From: Octopus vulgaris
Taxonomy: Eukaryota
Direction: 5' to 3'
DNA: 64,000 nt
Assembly (NCBI GenBank): GCA_951406725.2
Contig: OX597822.1
Coordinates: forward strand, 53,134,001-53,198,000
Part shown: positions 12,353 to 23,290 of the stretch, one piece after another
Layout: each line of letters begins with the position of its first letter
How positions within the stretch are numbered: position 1 is the first letter of the stretch
The notes under the pieces: model-generated
Databases searched by the model: none
Told to the model about the DNA's origin: nothing
The model's input: only the letters and a program-made list of their open reading frames with translations
Program-made: the position numbers and the translations under genes

Positions 12353-12862
12353 GGTTAATAAAACCACTTGGTTAACAAAAGAAGGGAAATAGATTCAGTG
12401 CGTGTTTCTTATTGATGTAATGACCCTACCAATGATGCAAGAAAATAATTTCGTCGTCTTCTCTAAATTTCTACTGATCATACGTGGTAGCTCGATTTGC
12501 TAGAACTAACAGACAAAACTTACAAACTATTCTTATCTAAACAAGGTCTGGCAGTGAAGGTTGTTTTCATGACCTTCGCAGAACCTCCAATAAAGAGGAC
12601 AGAGATGAGGTTAATGTTTCATCTAAGTAGCTACAAACTGATGGCAGCAGCAAAAAAAAAAGAGAGGGAGAAAGAATACAAGTAGGAAAAGAGTTTCAGA
12701 GGGCCTACCCTCTGGGGTGCACGAACAGTGGGGGGAAGGATGGTTAATGCAGGCGTGTGGGGCCAGGATAGGCAATATTGGTGTCAAGAATAGGAGATAC
12801 TTGCCAAGGGAGGGCGCTTCAGTTGAAGTAGTATGAGACCATCTAGCTTGGAGAAACTGAGG

Positions 12863-13140
12863 TGGTAGTAGTAGTAGTAGTAGTAGCAGCAGTAGTTTTT
12901 ATTGTTGTTGATGATGATGTTGTTATGGTGGTGGTGGTGGTGGTGACGGCAGTATTAGTAGCAGCAGCAGCAGCAGCAGCAGAAGAAGAAGAAGAAGAAG
13001 AAGAAGAAGAAGAAGAAGAAGAAGAAGAAGAAGATGATGATGTAAGAGAAGTAAGAGAAATAAGAGAAATAAGAGAAGAAGAAGAAGAAGAAGAAGAAGA
13101 AGAAGAAGAAGAAGAAGAAGAAGAAAAGTAGTAGCAGTAA
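12863..13140. repeat. Compound trinucleotide microsatellite (GTA/GGT/GCA/GAA)
   Basis: Direct inspection. Confidence 0.95.
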
Positions 13141-13929
13141 GAGGAATGGAGAAGGAGGTGGTGTTAAAACAGCTCACACGTGAAACGTGTCTGAAATGAT
13201 GATGAAGTGGTCATAGCTGGAATGTCTTTGACCATTGGTCAGCTACATCACAGCAGAGCTAAAACTAAGGTGTAACAACAAACTCGTAGGAGCATCAAAA
13301 ATGACTCTTACAACACCATTATTGTGGTTGTTGTTTCGCCATTGGTCAAGCCTGATGGAGAAAACAGTTTATCAATGGCATTCCACCCCTGACAATCCTG
13401 TCTTATTCTGTATCCTGGGTGACATCCTACGTATACTTGATTCTAACACGGTAATGTATGTTATTTAAAAGAAATTTAACTGCTCTTTCTAGCAACGATA
13501 TAAAGTCGAGCAATCATATAAAGGTTTCCTCATAAGACCCTTGTTAATTCCAAGTAACAACATATTGATATTCTGGGAGTGAGATTTCAGAAACGAAACG
13601 AACCCCGCCCTAAATTAAAATCAATACATTCTTCTCATAATTGGACGAATTCATTATTTACATCTGTCTCAACAGCAACATTAGTACTTTAGTTTCTCCT
13701 GAGATTTCCAATGTCATATTTCGTTTGCAAGTGACGCTTTATCTTTCGCTATTGATTATTTTCAATTTTGATAAGAAAGTAGTTTGACAAGTGGCTTCAT
13801 TCATATTCATACTCATTAGCCGAGCTTTGAGACATTCTCAACGTGCTTTTGTTTGTCTTTGCTTTCTTTGTTTTGTTTAAACTTTTTTCAGCAATTATTT
13901 ATGGATTTACAAGATTTTGAGTCTGTGTT

Positions 13930-14054
<125 letters not shown>

Positions 14055-14412
14055 GTCTGTCTCCTTTTGTTTGTTTACCAATCAGTATAACTACCTATGT
14101 CTTAATTTTATAAATATAGATAGGCGCGGACTACCTTGCTTCCCAACTGGTTTCGAGTCCACTTCATGACACCTTGAGCAAGTGTCTTTTACTATAGCTT
14201 CAGGCCTACCAAAGCCTTGTTAGTGGCTATATATATATATTCATTCGCCATCATAGATTGCTAGCCACTAAACACATTTTTCTCTGCTTGTTTCTTTCAG
14301 CGTAGGCTGGAAACGTTAAAGACTTTTTCAATTCCCGAGCGTTATACTAATACATGTGTTTGTTTTCTACACCATTTGTCTTCGTCTTTTGTTTTTTTTG
14401 TGAATTCTCCCT

Positions 14413-14476
<64 letters not shown>

Positions 14477-14689
14477 TAGCATTAAAGACCCGTCGTTGCC
14501 GGGTCATAGTGCTAGTGCATGTATATATGTGTATATATATGTGTACATATTACATGTACATCTATATATATACATCTACACATAAAATACAAAATACAAA
14601 GTTATATCTTGATATCGCTAATGATAACAATACTCAAAATATATAACAGACTGGAATTGTTAGCCCGTCTCTTGCAATTTCGATCAATT

Positions 14690-14956
14690 GTATCTTGCCT
14701 TCCCTCTTGTATAGAAGTGTGACTACAATCCAGCCTACCTCTACTTCGGGGGCATTTAAATTTTTTTCCGGGACGTCCTACGTTGCAGATATAAAGGTAA
14801 AAATAAAATATTTCCCCTTGGCAAGTTCGAGTCGAGTACTCCCTTGCACGCTCCGTTGACTCGAACCTTGCTTCTATTGTGGCGAATTTACTGCCTCTGA
14901 TTAGATATCTTTCATAGTCGCACCAAGACACTTTTCGAAGGTGCTTTCCTCCATGT
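14690..14956 (-). pseudogene. Older degenerate Tx1-type ORF1 remnant (downstream part)
   Basis: MEESTFEKCL..RGSKFATIEARFES..LPLYLQRRTS..PEVEVGWIV aligns with ORF1 IEEKKIEFCL..RGKRYGTVEVRFTT..LPLYKGKRTS..PEADAECLV. The upstream part (EKTIVYKVYNV) lies at 20191-20265. Confidence 0.75.
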
Positions 14957-15202
14957 TGTTTTATTATTACCCACAAGGGGCGAACATAGATGGGACAATA
15001 CAATCTGATGATGGGGTCAGACACACGAATGGGTTTTTACAATAAATCGAATTTAAAAATTTTCATGAATTACAATAAATGGACAGAAATCGAATGATGG
15101 GACAGACCGGAAGACATTACGGGTGGAGTGGGTGCGGGTTTAGCTCGGACCCCACGAGCCCCGCCTCCCCACTGATACTTTTGGTTGCGCTTGGTATTAC
15201 AT

Positions 15203-18200
15203 TTATGTTGTATCTTTCACTCGCAACTTTCGTGCTACATCCTTCCATCGTTCTTCATACACTCTCCTAGTCAGGCATATTCTCTCCAGCCCTATCTTCA
15301 TTTTCAGGTGAAAGATGAAATAATTCATCAAACCAGGGCCGGAGATGAACTTGCCTGACTGTAAACCTTTCATTCTCGTCTTCCATATCACCTCTTTCGC
15401 AATTGCTACTACAACGAGAAAACGAAACTTACCTTCATTCACGAGGAAATCCGGTGGGTCAATTTTTGTAATCGACTCAGTCGACAGCTGTACTCTTCGT
15501 GTACCTGACAACAGCTGTTCGGCATAAACCCACACCTCAGACACGTCCGGACAATGAACAATAGCGTGCGGGACGGTTTCCCTATCCCGCCCGCATCTTG
15601 GACATATCGGACTGTCTTGGCCACCGTGCCTTGCGAGTTTATCCCGAACAGGTAGAGCTCCTCTGTAGCATTGCCATGCCAGAGACTTCTGGAAGTTGTC
15701 CAGTGTCCTCGGCTTGAACGTACGTCGGAACAGACTGGCCAGCTGATTATCGTCGAGACCTAGGGTTTCCCCCAAGGTATCTTCACATTCCGCCTCTACC
15801 AACCCTCTATAGAAGAATGTGGTGGAACCCCCACCGCAGGCGTTGCCCGAGCGACGGAATAGCAGGAGAGCCTTGCGACACTCCGTGTACCAAGTACCAA
15901 GTTTCGATCTACGATTCAGCCAGGTTTCCCATCCACCGAAACTAGTGAACTTGGGAAACATCAGTTTTGCTAGCGAAGACCACACCCGTTCACCATCCAG
16001 GTAGAGCCACAGATGTCTTAACCTCAGCGCATGTCTGCGCATCATCAGCCAAGGCATCCCTAGCCCACCCTTTAACGGTTGTTGACAGCAAGTAGAGCGT
16101 TTCACAAGTGGTTTCCCGCCCTTCCACAAGAAGTAGAAGAGCTGTCTTTCCAACTTGATCAACCACGAATCAGGGCAAGGAACGACGGAAAGGCGGTAGG
16201 TGATAACCGATGCGATAAACACATTGGCCACCTCCGCCCTCCCTTTCAGGGATAGCCACCGCCAAGACCAGGTCTTGGCTACTGCAGCTACCTTGCTCGT
16301 TACCTCGCCCCAATTCTTCTCTATTTGGAGGTCTGGACCGAACCAGACCCCTAGCAGTTTAATCGGACCCTCCGTCCAACGTCCCACGACGCTGTCAGGA
16401 GGCATCGACTTGCCTCTCCAGGTGCCGAGTTGCAAGCCGACTGACTTTTCGCGATTAACTTTTGCTCCTGTCACCGTCTCGTAAACCTCTATGGCCTTGC
16501 CTACTTTACATAGGTGGTCCATTTCGGTTACGATGATGGTGATGTCATCCGCGTACGCTGACACTGATTTTCCATTACCTGGCTGTCTCGGGATGCCGCT
16601 CAGTTTTCGCAGTAATGGCTCAAGAGCCATCACGTACAAAAGCGGGGAGAGCGGACACCCTTGACGAACCGAGCGTTTGATTTTGAACGGCTTCGACAAG
16701 AAGCCGTTCACCCGAACTACCGAGTCGATGTTATCATAAATTTGGATAATCCACCTGAGGAAGCCAAGGCTCAGCCCGAACTGTGCCAGGGCAGATACCA
16801 GGTAACGATGGTCGACCCTATCAAAAGCTTTAGATTGGTCTAAATGGACCAGTGCCCCACCCTTGCCAGAATCACTATTAAACCCCTCTATAGTGTACCG
16901 CATTAGATGGAGATTATCCTGAATGGATCTGCCCGGAACGGCACATGTCTGTGCCTCTCCGATCAGACCATCCGCGACACGCGCCAATCTTTTCGATAAC
17001 ACTTTGGCCAAAATCTTCAACTCTGTGTTTAGCAGAGTGATGGGCCTGAAATTATCAATGCACTCCCCCTTGCTCGGGTCCTTTCTGACGAGAGTCACTA
17101 CTCCCCGGCGCACAGATCTGGGTATAAGCCCGTTCTGCTGCCAGTTCGCATAGACCTCCGCCAGTAGGTGCCCGAACAAGTCTGGCATACTCTTATATAA
17201 CTCATAGGGTAGACCATCCAAACCCGGCGCCTTGCCCGCGCCGCAGTCCGCCATTGCCTCAACCACCTCCTCAGGCGTGATTGGCCCTTCACAGCCCTCT
17301 GCATCTCGCCCCGATAAGCGCGGCAGCCCGTCGAGTAGGTCCGTACAGGCCCTCCTCCTATCCAGTCCGCCGCACTCACCGAAAAGCTGAGCGAAGTGCT
17401 CCTGAAAGGCCTCACACATCTCCTCGGGTTCGTTTATCAACTCGCCTTGTTGGTTCGTCAAAGATCGAATCGTGGCATCGTTACCATGCTGAGCTTCCAC
17501 CACTCGGGCCCATCTCACGGCGTTGATTCCTTCACATCCCATATGGCGGATTCTAGCCCTGACAATGCAGCCCATGTGTTTGGCCTCGAGGTGCTGGTTT
17601 AACACCAGTCTCTTGGACGCCACCTGAGCCGCAGAGCCAGTTTTCATGGCTTCCTCTAATTCCTTAACTAGAGTAGTTTCCCTTCTAGCCTCTCTAGCCA
17701 CTACTCCTATGCTATATCTAATAGACTCAAACTTGATGGCTCGTTTGAGGGCGTACCACCATTTGTTATTAATGATGGTACCAGATAGTGCCCTCTGAAT
17801 TATATTCCTAATCCGGTCTTTGTACTCCTTAATCGCCAAAAGGGACGTATTAAGTTTCCAGTAACCGGATCCTCTATTTTTAACCTTATCTATGTCAAGC
17901 TTACAAGTGACCATTTTATGATCACTGTAGCTGATCGGGTAAAACTGTGGACACTTAGCTATTTTACTGTCTACTTTTCTAATTAGTATTCTATCTAAAT
18001 ATGACCTGGAAGATCCGTCGCTGTTTGACCATGTCCACAATGGAGCGTTCGGAAATTCCAGCCTATAAGGATCTGCTAGCTCAAAGCGGCTTAGCAGTTC
18101 CATGAAGCCACTGTTGCCTTTTCTATCTGGACGCGAGCCAACACAATCTACATCCGCTTTGCAAATTGTGTTAAAGTCTCCTAGCACCACTAATGAATGC

Positions 18201-18598
18201 GAAGTACCAAGAAAGTTTTCTAGTTCACGAAAATAATCACTTTGCCCTGTATGGTTGGGTGCGTAAATTGCAACCAGTCTGATAACTTTACCATTACTGA
18301 ACGTCAAATCCATGACGACCAGCCTACCTTCTGGATCTGCAAAAATTAACTTTTTCTCAGAAACCCGGTTTCTTTTTAATAGGACCAACACCCCACTCCC
18401 GCCTGTAGGACTGCCAGGAGAGAAAAAACTCTCGTAGCCGTCAAACAGCGGGAGTAGACATCTTGGCCCCTCTAACCGGGTTTCTGTAGCAACAATAACA
18501 TCTAAATTACGCGACCTGATATCATGCAGGAAGCGACCTTGCCTCCAGCCTGCTCCCAGGCCGCGCACATTCAAACAACCAACATAAATGTAATCCAT
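15203..18598 (-). CDS. LINE ORF2: apurinic-like endonuclease, reverse transcriptase and C-terminal zinc finger (1131 aa, intact)
   Basis: LNVRGL, GDFN, SYLDRI and SDHK (APE); APGLDG, FRPITLLN, LDQSKAFD, RQGCPLSP and YADD (RT); GYWKLN; CPRC..ETVPHAIVHC. Confidence 0.97.
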   Translation of the reverse strand: MDYIYVGCLNVRGLGAGWRQGRFLHDIRSRNLDVIVATETRLEGPRCLLPLFDGYESFFSPGSPTGGSGVLVLLKRNRVSEKKLIFADPEGRLVVMDLTFSNGKVIRLVAIYAPNHTGQSDYFRELENFLGTSHSLVVLGDFNTICKADVDCVGSRPDRKGNSGFMELLSRFELADPYRLEFPNAPLWTWSNSDGSSRSYLDRILIRKVDSKIAKCPQFYPISYSDHKMVTCKLDIDKVKNRGSGYWKLNTSLLAIKEYKDRIRNIIQRALSGTIINNKWWYALKRAIKFESIRYSIGVVAREARRETTLVKELEEAMKTGSAAQVASKRLVLNQHLEAKHMGCIVRARIRHMGCEGINAVRWARVVEAQHGNDATIRSLTNQQGELINEPEEMCEAFQEHFAQLFGECGGLDRRRACTDLLDGLPRLSGRDAEGCEGPITPEEVVEAMADCGAGKAPGLDGLPYELYKSMPDLFGHLLAEVYANWQQNGLIPRSVRRGVVTLVRKDPSKGECIDNFRPITLLNTELKILAKVLSKRLARVADGLIGEAQTCAVPGRSIQDNLHLMRYTIEGFNSDSGKGGALVHLDQSKAFDRVDHRYLVSALAQFGLSLGFLRWIIQIYDNIDSVVRVNGFLSKPFKIKRSVRQGCPLSPLLYVMALEPLLRKLSGIPRQPGNGKSVSAYADDITIIVTEMDHLCKVGKAIEVYETVTGAKVNREKSVGLQLGTWRGKSMPPDSVVGRWTEGPIKLLGVWFGPDLQIEKNWGEVTSKVAAVAKTWSWRWLSLKGRAEVANVFIASVITYRLSVVPCPDSWLIKLERQLFYFLWKGGKPLVKRSTCCQQPLKGGLGMPWLMMRRHALRLRHLWLYLDGERVWSSLAKLMFPKFTSFGGWETWLNRRSKLGTWYTECRKALLLFRRSGNACGGGSTTFFYRGLVEAECEDTLGETLGLDDNQLASLFRRTFKPRTLDNFQKSLAWQCYRGALPVRDKLARHGGQDSPICPRCGRDRETVPHAIVHCPDVSEVWVYAEQLLSGTRRVQLSTESITKIDPPDFLVNEGKFRFLVVVAIAKEVIWKTRMKGLQSGKFISGPGLMNYFIFHLKMKIGLERICLTRRVYEERWKDVARKLRVKDTT

Positions 18599-18607
18599 TA
18601 CTTACCT

Positions 18608-19977
18608 TTATATCAGTGGTTCGGTTTTCTCTTGTTCTTCTAACTCTTTTTCTGGGCCTCGTGGGGGAGTCTGACTTAGGCCCTCGAATATATGTGGAGA
18701 TGTCACATCCAATCTAAGTGGGCCTACGTCATGGAAGAATTCTGACTTTATCCACCCGTAATCCTTCCGGCCTATTCTGTAAATTACAAAGTCGTTTTTT
18801 TTCACTACTTTCTCCACTTTGGCCATGGCTGCCAACACGTTTCCGAGTCTGCTATTTGCTGCCTTTACGGCCATATATGAGTTCATTGACTCTCTTTTCT
18901 TTTTTAAAATTACTCTGGGAGGGGTGGTTTCCGTTTTTCTTTTTTTTTTCCGGTAATTTTTGCCCACCCCTCCTCATTTATCGCTCTTTTTTTCCTCCGC
19001 CACTGGTTCTGCTGTCACCGTCACCTCCACACCTTCAGTCTTCCCTTCTGGGCCGTCCGATGCTGCTTCTGGTGACACATTATCTTCTTTTTCTCTTGGC
19101 TTAGGTGCTTCCTGCGGTTTGGGTTGGGGTTGGCATTCCGCCCTTACATGACCCTTCTTGCCGCAGCCGAAGCACCTCGGCTTCCTGCCCTCCACGAAAA
19201 CTGTTATTTTCTCGTCTTCACTAATCTTTACCGTTTCTGGAATTTCTTCCAGTGTTTGCACCTCCGCCTGAATGGCTATCACTATTTTCTGCCCTTTCCA
19301 AAACTCCTCTTCCTCCACTGTGGCCTGGAGGATGTTTATTTTTTCCTCCAGGCCTACCATCACTGCTGCCACCAGACATTCTGCATCTGCCTCTGGCGGT
19401 ATGTTGTTCATTGAAATTTTCGACGTCCTTTTTCCTTTATACAATGGTAGTAAGACAATGTTTTCTGTTTTGATCGGCTCCATCGATAGTTTTTTCGCTA
19501 TCTCCTCCGTAGTAAAACGCACCTCCACTGTGCCGTATCTTTTTCCTCTGTTTATATACGTTATTTTATCCATAAAAGGTTTTAGACAAAACTCTATTTT
19601 TTTTTCTTCGATTTTTTGGATCATTTTTGTCGTTGTGTCGTAAGTTTTATATATTATTCTTTTTTTTTCTATATCGTCATGTTTTTGTATGTTTGTGGCC
19701 ACAGTCACTTCTGTGCCCTCTTTTTTTACACAGTCTGCAAATTTTTCCAAATTTTCTATATTTATTTTTTAATCTTTTTCCCAGCCACTTCAGCGAATTT
19801 TTTCGCTGGAGTTGATGCTGGTACTGGTTTTTCCATTTTCTTGGGCGACGCCGCCTCTTTTTTCTTCGGCGACAACGCCTCTTTTTTTCTTGGCGACAAC
19901 GCCTCTTTTTTTCTTGGCGACAACGCCGGGTATTCATCCTCGCTCGTCACGGGCGAATAAGGGATGGGGGACTCCAT
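18608..19977 (-). pseudogene. LINE ORF1 (gag-like, CCHC knuckle), broken by frameshifts at poly-A runs
   Basis: Three consecutive ORFs with CFGCGKKGHVRAEC. Frame breaks fall at A runs near 19765, 18990 and 18945. Confidence 0.85.
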
Positions 19978-20752
19978 CTTGAACAAATGGCTTTAACAAG
20001 CCTTTGGTAAATCCAAATTAATTGTAGTTTTCCCCCACGGAGGGGGGAACACCAACGCGAAGTCTTCGCGCGAAGGCTGACTTCGTCAGTTAGACAACAA
20101 TAGACAAAACAGGTAGACCAACAGTATATAATAACAGAGATAATAGTACGAGAGCAAAATATATCAACTTACTAATAAACGCAAAAAATTGATTTCCTTC
20201 ATGTGTTCAAATCTTCTTTTTTCTCTACATTATATACTTTATAGACAATAGTCTTTTCTTGAATTTAATTTTTTTATTATCCATCTGGACTATTCCATTT
20301 CTGCACGCTAATTTTATTTTTAATTTATTCCCATTCATGTGAAACCACTTATTCAATTCAAGTCATTGATGCAATTTTATACCAATTGCTATTTTTACTT
20401 TTGCTATGTTACGATTATATTATACTTTAGTTTGATTTTAATTATTACTTACTACATATAATTCAATTGTTATTATTATTTTTATTGTTAAAATGAAAAT
20501 ATCTGATATAAAATAGAGAAATGTTTTTGTTTCACTTTTAACATGTAATACTGAAATAGTGGAGAAGATATGATATTGCTATAGGCTCGCTCTAGGCAAG
20601 AAGTTGAACATTTTTTTTGCCCATGAAACAACATGGACCCTAAGTAAGGCATGTGTAAAATTTGAATGAAATTGGTTGTGTAGTTCTCAAGTTTTAGGGA
20701 AACACACAGACAGACACACATTCTCAGTTTTATATATATATATATAAAGATA

Positions 20753-21015
20753 TCACGTCACGTGATCATGTGACCGACCAGGCTATCAGATGTACTACCC
20801 ATCGCTGGTCACAATGCATTGTTTTAGCCTTCAAATGACGCCACACCGCTGGCTAAGCGAAAGAGTACAGCAGGGATCGCAACCACCCCCTACCGGAGCC
20901 TCGTGGAGCTTTTAGGTGTTTTCGCTCTCTAAACACTCACAACGTCCGGTCTGAGAATCGAACCGCGATCCTACGACCGCGAGTCCGCTGCCCTAACCAC
21001 TGGGCCATTGCGCCT

Positions 21016-21018
<3 letters not shown>
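20753..21018 (-). mobile_element. SINE family C head with an alternative tail
   Basis: Same tRNA-Arg-like head as 9201, but the tail ends ggtcacatgatcacgtgacgtga. Confidence 0.8.
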
Positions 21019-21094
<76 letters not shown>

Positions 21095-21097
<3 letters not shown>

Positions 21098-21690
21098 GGT
21101 GCGGCGAATACACTATCGTCTAAATTACGCAAAAATGAAAGTAACACTGACATCTCATTTTAACAGATATATTTACCAAAATTACGTAAAAATATTTTGA
21201 ACACAACCTTCACACGACATCGGAATCTCCTGCAGCTCTTCTGGATGATCTCATTGTTTAAATTGGTGAATGCTGAACTAATCCTTGGCTTCAGTTCATC
21301 TTTGGTGTTACAAGGAGTTTTGGCGGTCCCTCGCCCAACAGCGCCCCACACAATAATCAAGGGGGTTGCAGTCTAGGGAGATTAGTGGCCAGATGTTAGG
21401 GGTGATGTGGTCGCATAAATTTTCAGACAGCCATGACTGAGTTCTCCTGCTTGTGCAGCATGGTACAGAGTCCTGTTTCCATATAAAGGGTTTTTCATCA
21501 GCTACCTAAGGCAACATTACCTCTTCCAGGTACTTGATGTAGGCCACCGTCTTGAGTATGAGGCCGTGTGGGAAGATGAATGGGTGCATAGCGAAGCCAT
21601 CACTAGTGATCACTCCAAACACCATAATGTTGAATGGATGTTTGATTTTTATCGCTCTCGGTAATACTTTGGGGGACACGACGAAGACAA
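21095..21690 (-). mobile_element. maT (DD37D Tc1/mariner) 3' fragment
   Basis: TA|cagggtgcgg TIR. Encodes IMVFGVITSDG, QDSVPC and WPLISLDCNPLDY. Confidence 0.85.
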
Positions 21691-21802
21691 ACATTAAGGG
21701 CCGTTAGGTCAAGACGAATTATAATGGGTAACGCTTGGGAGAAATGTTGAAAGGATATAGAATAAATAGAAGAAAATATTAGAAGAGAAAAATATCGAGA
21801 GG

Positions 21803-21851
<49 letters not shown>

Positions 21852-21856
21852 TATAT

Positions 21857-22036
21857 CGTTAGTCACTACACACATTTTTTCTCTCTTTGTTTCTCTCCTT
21901 GTTTTCTGTTTCCCTTTCTGTAGAAGAGCGTAAGCTCGAAACGTAAAAGACTTTTTCTATTCCTGAGTGTTATACTAATACATCTGTTTTTGTACACCAC
22001 CTGTCTTCATCTTTTGTTGTTTTTTTCGTAAACTCT

Positions 22037-22040
<4 letters not shown>
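21857..22040 (+). mobile_element. Penelope-like terminal fragment with a hammerhead-like motif
   Basis: CTGTAGAaGAGCgtaaGCTCGAAACGTA. Homologous copies at 14245-14412 and 45310-45507 all end at (TA)n. Confidence 0.55.
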
Positions 22041-22071
<31 letters not shown>

Positions 22072-22804
22072 CACAATTAACCCACATAAGTCTCTCTCTC
22101 TCTCTCTCTCATGTATCTATCTATCTATATCTATATCTATATATATCTATATATATATATACATACATATATGGAGAAAGGGAGAGAGAGAGAAAGATAA
22201 TATATGTGTTATGTTATATATTGTGTGCGCGTGTATGTGTATTAGCATCTACAATCTGTATCTGCACATGGAAAAGGACACAGCATCATAGTACATTGCC
22301 TGTAAGTCGACGATACTACTATTTCTACTACTACTATTATTATACAAAATCAAGTTTGCAGTGAGGCTAACAATTCTCAAACCAACATTTAGTGTGTCAT
22401 TAAATTTTCATTTTTTCCACTTCTACAAAATCGTGAACGATGTACTGTGATAATCACACTGAGATTAACCCAAACTTTTAAAATCGTTTAGTTACATTCA
22501 GCAGATTTTCCCCCCTTCTTTTGCTTCTCTTACGCGTAAAATAATGCATTTGTTGAGGTCAAACTTTCCTCAAGAATGTAATTACTGTGTGACTGGTTGA
22601 AACAGTTTATACCCTACGCTACATTCATACCACTTATACAATAATTGAAAATTACTGGCCTCATAAAAAATTTAGAATTCCTTTGGGAACGGGAATTAAT
22701 AAGATACTGAAGTGAGGTATTTTTGAATATGGATAATATCCCAATAAATTAGCTGTCATCAGTAATACAGCTTTGATAACAACAACAAAAAGAGTAATAA
22801 TAAT

Positions 22805-23205
22805 GGTTTCAAATTTTGGTAGAAGACAAGCAATTTCGACTTCAGTGCTTTTTTTCACTGACCCAAAAAGATAAGAGACTGAGTCAACCTCGGCAGAATT
22901 TGAACTCAGAATGAAGTGAGCTGAAAGAAATGCTGGCAAGCATTTAGTCCGACGTGCTAACGAGTTTGCCAGCTGACGGCCTTTAATAATAATAATCCTT
23001 TCTACTCAAGGCAAATGGCCTGAAATTTGAAGGAAGGAGAGTAGTCGATTATATTGACCACAATGTTTCACTGGCACTCAATTTATCGACCCCGAAAGGA
23101 TGAAACGCAAAGTCGATCTCGGTGGAATTTGAACTTGGAATATAATTCAAAATGCCGCGAAGCATTTTACCCGGTGTGTTAACGATTCTGCAAGCTCGCC
23201 GCCTT
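22805..23205 (-). mobile_element. Two tandem SINE family B copies
   Basis: Family B motifs separated by (TAA)n. Confidence 0.8.
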
Positions 23206-23290
23206 TATTTAATAATAATAATAACAATAATAATAATAATAATAATAACAATAATAATAATAACAATAATAATAATAACAATAATAATAA

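Larger units (their letters stand above)
14957..20190 (-). mobile_element. Full-length Tx1/L1-clade LINE
   Basis: 5' UTR, gag-like ORF1, APE-RT ORF2 and a 3' UTR ending gccccttgtgggtaataataaaac. Candidate 14-bp TSD (12/14) at 14943-14956 and 20191-20204. Confidence 0.93.
14476..20750 (-). mobile_element. Non-autonomous Helitron hosting the Tx1 LINE
   Basis: Minus-strand start A|TCtttatata...aaaactgagaatgtgtgt at 20750. The 3' hairpin gacccg...cgggtc (14487-14505) and CTAG|T at 14476 sit within (TA)n. Confidence 0.7.

Noticed and set aside
12862-13177. Poly-Val/Ala/Glu and poly-Leu ORFs (similar at 55893-56407, 59994-60351 and 63128-63443)
   Set aside because: Trinucleotide microsatellites with no unique coding content.
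19755-19775. Programmed ribosomal frameshift in LINE ORF1
   Set aside because: There is no in-frame X XXY YYZ heptamer. Several breaks at A runs are better explained by homopolymer indels.
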